In this document: piece after piece, positions 28,270 to 39,978 of the stretch
Numbering within the stretch: the stretch's first letter is position 1
Layout of the letters: every line of letters starts with the position of its first letter
Source of the DNA: Catajapyx aquilonaris
Taxonomy: Eukaryota
Assembly (NCBI GenBank): GCA_000934665.2
Contig: JYFJ02000553.1
Span: forward strand, 1-64,000
DNA length: 64,000 bases
Direction: 5' to 3'
Notes under the pieces: model-generated
What the model was told of the DNA's origin: nothing
The model's database searches: none
Seen by the model: only the letters and a program-made list of their open reading frames with translations
Made by a program: the position numbers and the translations under genes

Positions 28270-28900
28270 CGCTGTTAATCTCCATGCAGACCCGACGTTC
28301 ATTAGGCTCCCCTAGGCTCACAAGCCAACAACCCTGTGGTAGGGGGAAGGAAGTCAAAACACTGAGCATCAACGGTAATTCCAAGCCTAGATCAGATTAC
28401 GAATTTCCTTTTCTTCAACATCTAGGTCGAAACAAACACTTTTTCCCTAACTGATAACAAAAAGGCTGTTTTGGGACTGTGAAAAACAAGGCGATATTTA
28501 CACTTTCCTAAATGCAGCCAGGTGCTTAACGACATGTTCCGAGAGGTTAGTCACTTGATCCTGTAGCGTACGGCGGACGTCACCGACTTTAACCGTACAA
28601 GCACTTCACGGATTTCAGTTTCGGTGCACAAGTGACTTTGCAAGTGACTAGCCCCTCAGCTCGTTTCAATCCCAGTTCTAATAATGCCTCACACTCTCGA
28701 CCTACTTGCAAATTTGCGCATAAAAGAACGACCCAAATTCAAAATGCCATAGTTCACACGCACATCACATGACCCCGTACTTACCCTCATTAATAACCCC
28801 CCCTCCCTTCCCCCCTTCCTCCCCCATTAATACACGCAATTCATTATTCCACCCCAACCGCCCCCTCCGCCCCCGCCCGGTTTTTTAGCAAGTGTCGCAC

Positions 28901-29240
28901 CTGCGGAGTGGTAATACTATCAAAGCGTAGTACGCACACTCGTAAAACTCGGGGATCTGATTTTCTTGTTGTTGTTGCTCCTTCTGCGTATGTGTTCGAT
29001 TCCGACGCTCTGGGGCTCGCCACCTGCTGGATTCTGGCTGTACGCTTTTGGTCGCGTGGAGAGGGCCGCCCCTGGTCTGGAAGGGGGCAGCCGGGCAGTC
29101 CAGGGAGCAGAGTCAGCAGGCGGGTCTGGCTCGGCGGAAATCCGCCACGGATCCAACGCCCTCCATATTGGAATTCGATTTGTGGATGGGGAGGGGGGAA
29201 GGGGATGGAGGAGGGAGGGGGGTGGCTCTGACGTCATACG
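28901..29240 (-). promoter_or_regulatory. Probable Csk promoter and non-coding first exon
   Basis: GC-rich island with a CRE (TGACGTCA) at 29229-29236 and a donor CAG|GTGCGA at 28901/28900. The matching acceptor is at 28334/28333. Confidence 0.55.
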
Positions 29241-29350
29241 TGGATGTGTGTGTGTGTGTGTGAATCACGTCGCGGTTACTACCCCCAACCCGCGATTTTG
29301 TACTACATGTAGCTGCTAGTGCGAATCGCGTTTATGGGGTGAAAGGGAAA

Positions 29351-29419
29351 TGGCGCCTAGTTGTGGAGAACGCCGCTAGGTGGCACTGGCGACTGCTGAA
29401 CAGTGCTGACGCCTAGCGG
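29351..29419. promoter_or_regulatory. Cluster of CTCF-like motifs
   Basis: CCGCTAGGTGGCAC at 29373-29386 (+), CCGCTAGGCGTCAGC at 29419-29405 (-), and a weaker CAACTAGGCGCCA at ~29363-29351 (-). Confidence 0.55.
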
Positions 29420-30124
29420 ACGGTCCAAAGCGACATGAATGAATGTGTGTGTGCGTATGTACGTACGCACAGTCGTCGTAATTCAACAGAATAATGGAGT
29501 ATTTATGAGGAGGGGTTGCGACTGGGTGTTTTAATAATTACGCGCCTGTCTTGTTGAGGTGTAGGGTCAAGAATTTGCAGCGGGTTAGTAGGACGCGCAG
29601 TGAGCCGAGAAACTGCAATTTTTTTTTGCGTACAAAAGAGAGAGGATTGCGGAAATCGATTATCTGGCCATCAGCACACTATTGGGGCTTAGGATAATGG
29701 AGCTATACACACGCTACACCCTATATGGTGAAGGTAGAATCATCGTGCGTTTATTGGTAAAGCGGCCTCGCTGGGAGTCCAGCATAAATGAGCATATTAA
29801 AGGCGTATATCGATGAGTGTATTTATGGAACTCAAATTTTACAACCTTCCTAATAAAACACACACCCGGGCAACACCGGGTAACATGCTAGTGTTAGAAT
29901 AAGACAGTCGAGGGATGTACCTTCCCCTCAAGCTTTAACGGGTCCCTAGGGGTAAATAAATAAATAAATAAATATAAATAAATAAATCCAGAAGGGCGTA
30001 CTATTGATACGGCCTGAAAACGTGTCACTTCGCCAATCAATTTTAACCTGCACGTGTGAATGGAGGGCAAGATGAGAATTGTACATATTTTTATTTCTGT
30101 ATCCATCTGATCCTGATGCATATA

Positions 30125-31075
30125 CAGGTGTGTAAAAATAAGTGTCAGACCCGAAACATATTATAAATCTGAACACATATAACTTTATATCCAAATATTC
30201 ACATAATATGATTCAGGGATGTTATAGTCAAGATGTTAGTAGTGTGTTGTTGAGACATTCTGCAATGCGAGATGGGAAACTCTCAATAAGTGAAGTGTTG
30301 TCTTCTTGCGTGATTGCATCCCATGACCTCATCACTCTGCAGATCAGTTCCTGGCGGTTCCTCGGTCTTGGTGATTGGAAGACACTGTCCTGTAGACGCG
30401 CCCAAACATGCTCCACAGGATTTAAGTCAGGGGAGTTCCCTGGCCAATCTTTTCAGATTGCAGGGATTGTTTTCTCAATTGATGCAATTGACGCCTTAGT
30501 GTGTGGCATTTGGCTCCATCTTGCATAAGAGTAACCAAATTTGGTTTAGGGAACATCATGCTTATGGTTTTTCCTGCTGCACTGTAGAGGGGAAGGATTT
30601 CTCCCTGTAGTATTGACCATCCACATATCTCTCCTCCTCAACAAAATGAAGCTCAGACTTGCCATATCTCGATATTCCACCGGCAACCCTAATTTTGACA
30701 GAAAATTTCGGTCACTGTATTGGTTTGATCTTATCAGGATTATCTATCCTGATTCTTCCGTTTTGTCGACTGGGAGCTGGATTAAGAAGAATTGGAGACT
30801 CATCTGTAAACAACGTGTGCTCGAACTGGACGAGGCCTTTAGGTACGTGTCTTCACAATGACCTTGCGAAAGAGCTTCGATTTTTGAACGCAGATGCTCA
30901 GGGTGGACTCATCATTGTCTGGAATGGATAACAGTTGTAGCGATGTTCAACTATTCTGATATTATTTTAATATTTATATGCATATGATTTGCCTTCAAAT
31001 GTACCTAACGAATATGTCATGGCCCTCTCACTGTGTAAAAAATTTCTGACCCGCGTCAGGAATTTTTTACACAAC
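30125..31075 (-). mobile_element. Degenerate Tc1-type transposon remnant
   Basis: Minus-strand fragments FTDESP, QDGAKCHT and WPGNSPDLNPVEHVW with a stop and a frameshift. The left end is TA|CAGGTGTGTAAAAA, and a related inverted sequence lies at 31032-31073. Confidence 0.8.
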
Positions 31076-32605
31076 TTTCAAGGAGCAAATATTTCTCAAA
31101 AACATAAATTCTTCAAAATTTCATAATTATGTAAGTAATTCCTCATTCCATTAGGAGTAGCTTGAACATCACATACCTTGGAATGCAGTAATACCTCGCT
31201 TATAGAGGAGCAATAAGTCTTAAATCATGGTGTTCGACAAGGCAAAGAAATCCGCAGCTTTCCTTTGTCTAACCAGGAAATTGTCAGAAATGAGTCTATC
31301 CTTGGTGATAAAGTGTCAAATAGTAGAGAAGAGTACGCTTATGACACACCACCTGCACGCCAGCATCAATTATAGTAACTTCATAATAAGTGACTTTGTC
31401 ACATGCGCCAAATGGCTGGTGGGGGTCAGAAACTCCTAGATACTGTAAAATTGAGCTATTAACAGCTTTAAGCACTTATGCTTTGTTGCCTCCAAAATAA
31501 GCCAAGCACAACAGCTGGTTTTTTAAGAAAGGAAAAAAAAAAATCGCGCACACCTCAACACTACTGCCCCCTTTTCAAAATAAACGATGTAAAAATAACT
31601 CTAACCTGCACATTCTGTAGCCTGCCAGCTCACCATCAGGCCCAGACTTCAGAGGACTTCAGATAAAATAATAAACACGCCGCCGTATATGGACAGTAGA
31701 TTTGCTGCGTCCGTAAGTGTCACAACCAGCAGGTGTTGTTTGCTCCACATATGGCATGATGACAATGATTGGGAACCTGACGCGTATTGTTTTATGTACA
31801 GTTAATAGGTTGACGTGTACGATGCTCGCTTCTACACATGATGGGAAATCCGTTATTGACGATTTTTTTGTATCATGCTGTTTATTTTTAAGTAGTTACT
31901 TTTATTGGTTGTTACGGTATAAGTATTGCCTGCTTACATTAGGGTTCCGAGTTCAATCATCTATCCTAGATGTGAATTTCTAAAAATACCCGGCTGGGAC
32001 TGGCCCATTGAACGTCGATGGACAATGAGGTAGTACCCATATTTTTCAGGGCAGATCCCCTTGCAGCCGGTAAAGGGAATGGATCTGCGCAACCTAATCG
32101 CAGCTAATGCTTTTGATAACCACTAAAGGTGATTATTATTGCAACACCTTGTACCCCGAAACAGGGAATAGAGAAGGAATAGATCATTCAAACTTGGGTA
32201 GTGTAAATAACTGCGGCGACGTTACGTACGTGTTTTATGGACTATTTATTTTATAGGACGCATCAAGAATGCCTAATAATGACCTGCTAATGACTTTAAT
32301 GTATGAATATCTAATAAGCTGTAGCCAATAAACTTTCGAAAACCATATTCAACTGGAAAGAGCAAATTCGCAGATTAGGTATAATAATAGTGTGTTAATG
32401 AGGACATCACATGCCTTTGTCAATAGCGCGACGACCCATATGTGAACAATGCGTAGGTGAGACTTCTATTGATACTTGATAGAATTGCACGTGAATAATG
32501 TGAATGGACACTTGAATGATGCTTGAATGGATAAATGAAGAAAATAATCGGTATATAAACTGTATAAGAATCCGGTTGTGTTCCGTTGAACCGAAGACAG
32601 CCACT

Positions 32606-33383
32606 TTACACGAGCAAGAAGACAAACACTAAGGTCACAGCATAAAGCAGGCTGATGACCTGCTGTGACCTCGACGTAGCAGATATTTCGCCGTGAAATT
32701 CGGCCACCACTCGACATGGAGCTCCGGATCCTTCCTGGAGCTTCATGGGCAGTGCGTAGATGGTGGCTCCAGAGGCTGGGATCTTGTCCAGGTTGGCCAC
32801 GTTCTCCAGGTTGAACATTTGGCCCTCACTCAGGGCGAAGTGGACAGGGTTTCCGGTCGAATGGCCAGAGTCGATCGAAAGGGTATCGATGCCGATGCCC
32901 ACGAATCTGCCCTTTGACCGGATCCAAAACGCGGCGGATATGTCCACTCCTTTAAAAAAATTAATTACATTCCATTATTATCTCCAGACTTCTCGACTCG
33001 TTGCGTCACCAATTGAAATGCGGGACACTTTCACGCTTAACAATGCTGTTTTTATTTGCTTCTCAATCACGGTTCATAAAAAAGTACACCATTGTCATCC
33101 CGCTTCTGTTAGCAAACTTATTATTCCGGTCGTATTATCACCTTCACAGTGAAATGGGAAGCCCAATGTCACCGTGGCAGTAACGTCACCGCCGAAGTGT
33201 ACGCCGTAAATTATTGCGGGAAATGTATGGCACACAACGCACTTCTTCTGATATCCTTATGAGTTATACAAAACGAATCCAGTTAATTTTGAACATTTTG
33301 GTTCTCCTGTTTCGTAGAAAAATTCAGCACTAGATCCGACTATATCCGTGGAGAGTAGCCTACACATACAAGTAATTACAGTA

Positions 33384-33428
<45 letters not shown>

Positions 33429-34345
33429 ACGTGCGTTTTCCCAAAAGATTTGGGGTATAGCCAGCGGATAACGAGGAGGAGAGAGTATACACTTGTGTGA
33501 TGATTACGCGTGTATAATTACTTATGGTAGGCCTGCATGTGACACTGAAATTCATGCAATTTATCCGGCTATAGACAATAAATAAAATATCGCGACGCAG
33601 TTAGGCATACAATTTCCTGTTCTTTTATTCTGCTGAAAAAAGTACGAACTAACCTGGGAAATGGTAGAGGGTTGTGTTGTCTCCATCTGCTCCAAAGTAC
33701 GCAGTCTTGTTGTTCCAGTACTTCCCCCATCCAGTGTAGACCAGAAGGATGGCACCCTCGGGAATCTCTCCGTGAGTCTCTACCCATTTCTCAAGATCAT
33801 GCACTTCCAAGACGGCGTCGCTTCCGTCCTTGTCCACTTTCTCTCTGATGTCCACTTTGACCCCAGGTCCAACAAGTCTGTTGAACGGTATTTCCCCAAC
33901 CTTCCATCCATTCTGGTTGAAGTGAAATGGGGCGTCCAGATGTGTCCCACTGTGCTCGGCTATGCAGAAGTTATTCTTCGCTATCCTGTAACAGTGCAGT
34001 CAATGTAAATAGGTTAATTATTATTAGCTGACTAGACATAAAAGCCTGTTGTAACGAGCATAATTTGTGCAAAAAGTTGGGAAGGAAATCAGTATAGATA
34101 GATGGCTCATGCTGCTTCTTTCCGAAATTATGCAGCACGACATATGACTGATGCATTTTAGTAGAAAGGATAATACAGTACCTTTTCCCATTCCCTAAAT
34201 CTTTGGTCAAGTTGGTGTACGACAGGACCTGTCCTCCTGGCCACTGGTTGGTATGTCCGTCGTATGGGTAGCTCATGTCGATTCGAGTTACTTTCAGCGA
34301 ACTTGCAGGTGACAGAAGAAAGATGAGGACCAGAATTCGGCACAT
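32606..34345 (-). CDS. Cyclase-family metal-dependent hydrolase (kynurenine formamidase KynB/isatin hydrolase-like), paralog 1, 279 aa
   Basis: Exons 34345-34182, 33985-33654 and 32949-32606. Motifs: EHSGTHLDAPFH, VGIGIDTLSID, NLENVANL, PMKLQEGSGAPCRV. N-terminal signal peptide and hydrophobic C-terminal tail. Confidence 0.92.
33384..33428. repeat. (CAT)15 microsatellite
   Basis: Perfect trinucleotide run in intron 2 of cyclase paralog 1. Confidence 0.95.
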
Positions 34346-34895
34346 TTTAGCACACACGGATGGCAAAATGTGATGAGGTGTGACGCTTCCTCAGACTGAT
34401 ATCATTAGACGAGAGGTGTCGAGCCTTTTAGCACAGGAGCACCGGTCATGATCTGCATAATAATGAAGGCTGACAGGAAGCAAAATTGCATCGACACACG
34501 AGGTTACAGTATTTGACGTCAACTATACAACATCATATGTCTGCACCAGTGCCAAAGGTATTACCCGACTCTGATTACGCTGACATTCATGAAAGTTCAT
34601 TACAAGTATAGGAAAATGGTTGAAAGTACGAGTTTTGCGAATAGATGGTATCTGTCGTTTATTACTCAATAGCATCATTTCCATATAAACGTTCAGTTCA
34701 CTTGTTACAGTTGGAATATTGTATTAACTGTCATTAATGGTACGAAAGTAATAAAAAATTGTAAAAAAAAATGTTACATTTGTACCAGCAGTGGCCGGAA
34801 TTTTGGCAGTTGCAAACATGTTATGGAGGTATTCTGTTAGTTTAAAAAATCACAAAAAAATTGGCAGCCATTTTTTTTTACAGAAATGATCATTT

Positions 34896-36830
34896 TCAGA
34901 TAAATCTAGCAGCGATGACGATGATCAGCATAGAGAAGAAGGTCGCGGCCTGACCCGTGGCAGCGTTTGACCCCAAGTCTGCGACCACGCGACAGGGAGC
35001 GCCTGTACCAATCTTGAGCTTCATTGGAAGGACATAAATCTGTGCTCCTGAGGCTGGGACTTTGTCCATGTTGGCCACATTCTCCAGGTTGTAGATGTTG
35101 CTCTTGCTCAGGGAGAAGTGGGCCTTGTTTCCTGTCGAGCCTCCAGAATCGACCGACGGAGAATCGATCCCAACACCTACAATCTTACTGGTCTTGCGGA
35201 TCCAGTCGGCTGCTTTTACATCCACACCTACACATGAATGAATTATTACGAATGAATGATTACGTGCTGAAACACTGCAATTTTAATAATAAATTCTCAT
35301 TAGATGAACCAAGGCAGTTGAAACGATGGAAGTGTCGTAGGCTGAGTCTGCAGCATATGCTAGTATAATGCATTGTTATTACTTATAATGCTAATTATCT
35401 TAGTAAATGCGGCTGCGGTGACCAAATGACACTTCTACATAAAATGAGGAGGAGTTCACACTAAAAGTTGCCAGCTCTTATGGAGTGTGAGGCCATGCAC
35501 TGCATGGCTGCAAATTCTTGGCAGGGGCTCAGACATTAACCCCTGTTAAGAATCTACCCACTGCATGTCCTACCCATTCAGGACAATGAGTAACACTGAA
35601 AGTCTGCAAGCACATGCAGATTCCCTTGAAACCTGATAGCTGAAGAAAACAAATGTGTGGACATTCTGATGTTAACTGAAGCTATACATATACTGTAACT
35701 TACTGTACGTTAAAAACAATGTCTACATGCAATTTCTGCTGCATTACATCACCAGATGGTCCTGTCTACAACACTATCAAAACTTGAAAATTTCCATTTT
35801 TTTGCTATGTAACCATAGGATTTAATAATTACCACTTACCTTGTAAACACAAAATAGCTACTCATAGTAAACAGATCTACTCGTCAACTACTGATGCATA
35901 ACAGTAATACTATGCTTATCATTAGACCATCTCATGACCTCACCACTATCACATGTAGCTTATTATGCAATAAGTTCTGAGTTAATTGATTTCCAGCCCC
36001 AACAAATTTATCCCAAATATTATGAGAAAACCAATTGTCTTTAAGGTCGAACCTGGGAAGTGGTAGAGACTTGTGTCGAGGCTACCATCTCCAAAGTACT
36101 TTGCCCTGTCATTCCAGTACTGCCCCCAGCCGGAGTACACCAGAAGGATTGACCCTTCCGGAATTGGACCATGCTCCTGCTCCCAATTCTCAAGATCTTC
36201 AATTTCCAGCAGAGCGTCCCTGTTCTTCTTCGCCTTTTCACTGATGTCCACCCTGACTCCCGGGCCAAACAGCCTTTCAAATGGGATATCAGCCACTTTC
36301 CAGCCGTTCTCATTAAAATGGAATGGTGCGTCCATGTGAGTACCACTGTGCTCTGCTATGCAGAAGTCCTGAGCTGCAATCCTAACATGAAATGCAATTT
36401 GGTTTAATTCATGTTTCTGTAACACGATCTTAAAAAATTATGTCATAACTATCATAAGTCATGTCGTTGATGATTTGTAATAATTTGTAATAAGCCATGA
36501 ATAGGTCACGTACAGCCCTAATGCCCCTCTCAAGCTATAATAAGTACTGAAACCAACGGTACGTAAAATAAATTGCAATGCCAAAGAAATAATAATAGTA
36601 ATACCCATTATACTGTGCATGTATAGCAAGCCAAATGGAGAGGAAATGCCACTCAATTATGTAAAGTATCACTACCTGGATCCATTTGGGTATCGTGTAG
36701 TCCTATCATTATATGTGAGCACCTTTCCTCCAGGCCACATGTTTGTACTCTCGTCATAAGAGTAGCTCATGTCCACCCGAGCTCCATTCCCAAAAAGGGG
36801 CAGGAGGAACAACACTAAAAGCCGGTCCAT
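34896..36830 (-). CDS. Cyclase-family hydrolase, paralog 2, 271 aa
   Basis: Exons 36830-36676, 36381-36053 and 35227-34896. Motifs: EHSGTHMDAPFH, GVGIDSPSVD. Signal peptide MDRLLVLFLLPLFGNG and a hydrophobic tail. Confidence 0.92.
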
Positions 36831-37406
36831 TTTTTGAGCACTTCTGGTCACCAGGAAAGCCAGAACCCAGAGTAAGCCTCTTCTTATCCTTGGATGAGGG
36901 TCAGGGACAAAAAAAAAAGGCGACTCTTATGCAAGAATGTGGAATGAGGGTGGGGTCTGCTTCTATAATTACACCCTCAGGCTGAAAGATGAGACATCCT
37001 CAAGGCCTCTTAGCATGTTGAACCTGGTCACATGGCATTTATGTGTAAACTGGTTGCAATAATTCACTTGTAAGAGAACAAAGGTCACATGTCATCACTA
37101 TCATAATTTTTATTCACTCAGCTTTTGCAGCAATAGACACAAGTAGTAAAAGAATAGTTTTATATAGAATGTAGTGATGCGTAACATTATCAAAAAGGCA
37201 ATATGCTCTTACTGTTAGTGCTTTTGCACCCAGTGGCAACAAAAGCAAGAATCACGGACAGGCAAAGATTAAAAGACTTCATGAAAAAATTCAATATATC
37301 GCAGCAGGTACATCAATCGATAAGTCAAACCATGTTAGTTTGAAGACATTTCAAAAAGACACACAATAACCAAGATATTCCTATTCCATCATATCAATGC
37401 ATTAAT

Positions 37407-38516
37407 TCAGACTAGATAGGCAATGACCATGACAGCAACCATGTATGTCCAAGCTTTAGCCTGACCCACAGGAGCAGCACCGCTTGTGTCCAATTCTGCA
37501 AATACACGGCAAGGAGCTCCGGTTCCACGCATCAGCTTCACAGGCATGACTGTAATCTTAGCTCCTGTTGCAGGTATCTTGTCCACATTGGCAACATTCT
37601 CCAGGTTGTAAATGTTAGCGTCACTCATAATCAAGTGGGCTCGGTAATCAGTCGTAGGTCCAATGTCAACCGAGGGTGTGTCGATTCCAACGCCCACGAT
37701 CTTCTTGGTTGCGACAATCCATTCGGCAGCTTTTCCATCTACACCTACATAATTGAATGAAGCTTTTAGGGCACACAATTTGCACATTAAACGCATGATC
37801 ATACCTGGGAAATGGAAGAGACTCGAATCGGTACCAGGATAACCAAAGTATGCTGTCTTGTTACCCCAGTTTTTTCCCCAGCCAGAGTACACTAGTAGGA
37901 TGGACCCTTCTGGAATTGGCCCATGATCCTGCTCCCAATTCTCCAGATCCTCAATTTGCAGCATGGCATCCCTGTTCTTTAACGCCTTGTGACTGATATC
38001 CACCCTGACGCCTGGGCCAAACAGTCTCTCAAACGGGATCTCACCTGCTTTCCAGCCATTCTCGCTGAAGTGGAACGGTGCATCCAAGTGCGTACCACCA
38101 TGCTCACCCATGCAGAAGTCATTTGACATAACTCTGAAATGCAAAAAGGGCAAGTGTCACATATAACGCCAATTGTGGTCAATGGTAATTTAATGAAACA
38201 TTTAACAGCTCTGCAAATAATATTTCCAGTTCATAAGTACCTGCTGTGCAACAAGAATTGTCGCAGCGGCAGCGCACAAACTACAGTCTCTCGTGTCCCT
38301 GTGCTCGTAGATTGTAGTTTGTGCGCTGCCGCTGCGACAATTCTTGTTGGACTGATAGTACCTGTTTCCATTTGGTAAGGGCTTCCTGTGTTCCGAGTAT
38401 TCCAGAACCTTCTGTCCAGGCCACATAAGCGTCTTGTCATTATACGGATAGCTCATGTCCACAAGAACTGCATTTCCAAAAATCGGGAGTAAGGCGAGAA
38501 CCAAAAACCACCACAT
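37407..38516 (-). CDS. Cyclase-family hydrolase, paralog 3, 273 aa
   Basis: Exons 38516-38362, 38133-37805 and 37744-37407. Motifs: EHGGTHLDAPFH, GVGIDTPSVD. Signal peptide and hydrophobic tail. Intron phases match paralogs 1 and 2. Confidence 0.92.
38240..38358. mobile_element. TA-flanked fold-back mini-element inserted into a splice donor
   Basis: Perfect 37-bp inverted repeat (38249-38285 and 38313-38349), with TA at 38238-39 and 38359-60. Confidence 0.8.
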
Positions 38517-39978
38517 ATTTTGACACGCTCCTTGTTTCCACCCTGGTCAGATCCAAGAATAAAGCCTCATCCTTGAATAGGGGTCATGGGCAAAATAGCC
38601 TCATGCACAAGGTCGCACTCTGGGGGGGAGACATAGTCTGGGTCTAAAATTACTCCACTTGGCTGAAAGATGAGGCTAGTCTCAAGAGCTTTTGGCAACT
38701 CCCCCACTTGATTTCCCCAGTAGAAATAATGATATCAACACCGAGTTCATCCGTGTCATCATATTTATTCCATCAATTTCCAGACGAGGTCACAGGTCGC
38801 TGACATCATTGGTTTGAACATACAAGTGACAAATTGGGTGGGTCACAAGCTTTGCATTTATAATCATTTTAATATATGTATCTCTCTGTGTGCGGCATCC
38901 CAACAAGTTAATCGCCTCATCAAAACACATCATTAAATGTGAAGGTGACTAACTGTTGGGGACGCTTTGCATTTTAAAGCAATTACTGTACAAAAGAAGA
39001 TCCTTAACACTTAAGAGCCTGGTGGCAAATAAAAACTCGCGAGAAAAAAAATTGTCCATTTCTGGGTGAAAATTATGTACAACTGCAAACAATTGTGTGC
39101 GTGCAGGGCAATTATGGAACGTAAAAAGGTGACCATCTAAAGCTACGAAACCCGGCATTTTCCCCATGCATAAGATGTTCAAAAAGCAAAACTACGCGAA
39201 CTAATCTGTTTCAAATCCAGACTTCGTTAAACCTATTCCCGTTACGTTGAAACGAAAAAACCGTGAACACGCATGCACAAAAAGTTTACCACATAAGTAC
39301 TCTCATTGCAAAACATCTTTCGATTTGCATTCTAGACTATGTAATTCCTGGGAACATCGGTCAACAAATAAAATTTTTGCTGCAAGGTGGCAAAAAAAAA
39401 AAAACTACTTTGGTAAGCAAAATTAAATGCCAATGTCATGTTTTCAGCCAGGTTGGCCCCCCTGCCCAAACCTGAGCCAGAGTCACGAATAAATATCACA
39501 AGAGACAACACTTATGACCCCGGCACCAAAATTTCACATTTTCTGGTCGCCTTGGAATGTCAAACACTCCCTTTCAGACCTGCTCTCCTTGAAAGGGGTA
39601 CCAACCTTAGAAAAACTAACAAAAAGAAAGCAAGGGTGCCAGCCCTGCCAAAAATCTGAAGGGTTCCAATCCCCCAAAATTTGGAAGGAGATCAATCTCA
39701 TAAAAAAAAATACATGGAGGTGTCAGTCCTGTCAAAGAAACTGGTATTGGCAGCCGTCTGCCAACTAATAGTGAAGGGTGTCAGCTACCCTAAATTAACT
39801 GGGTTAACGCGTCAGTGACGTACAGTCCCACCAAAACATTAAAAATGAATGGCCAAAAACCAGAGGGAGATGTCACAAACAATCCCCAATAACTTGCGGG
39901 GGCCCATTCTGTCAAAAGTTACATCAGGTCAACCATTGAAAAAAATTGAAGGGCATCCATCTGTCTCCAAAACTCCTC

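Noticed and set aside
28920..29237. 105-aa ORF as the Csk N-terminus
   Set aside because: It stops before the donor at 28901 and its ATG overlaps the CRE. It is more likely promoter or 5' UTR.
38236..38364. 8-bp AGTACCTG direct repeat as a hAT target-site duplication
   Set aside because: The arms extend to TA on both sides, so a TA duplication plus similar element ends is the simpler explanation.
32606..38516. Recent bacterial transfer or contamination as the source of the cyclase genes
   Set aside because: The genes have conserved spliceosomal introns and secretory signals and are embedded among animal genes. An ancient transfer cannot be judged without a phylogeny.
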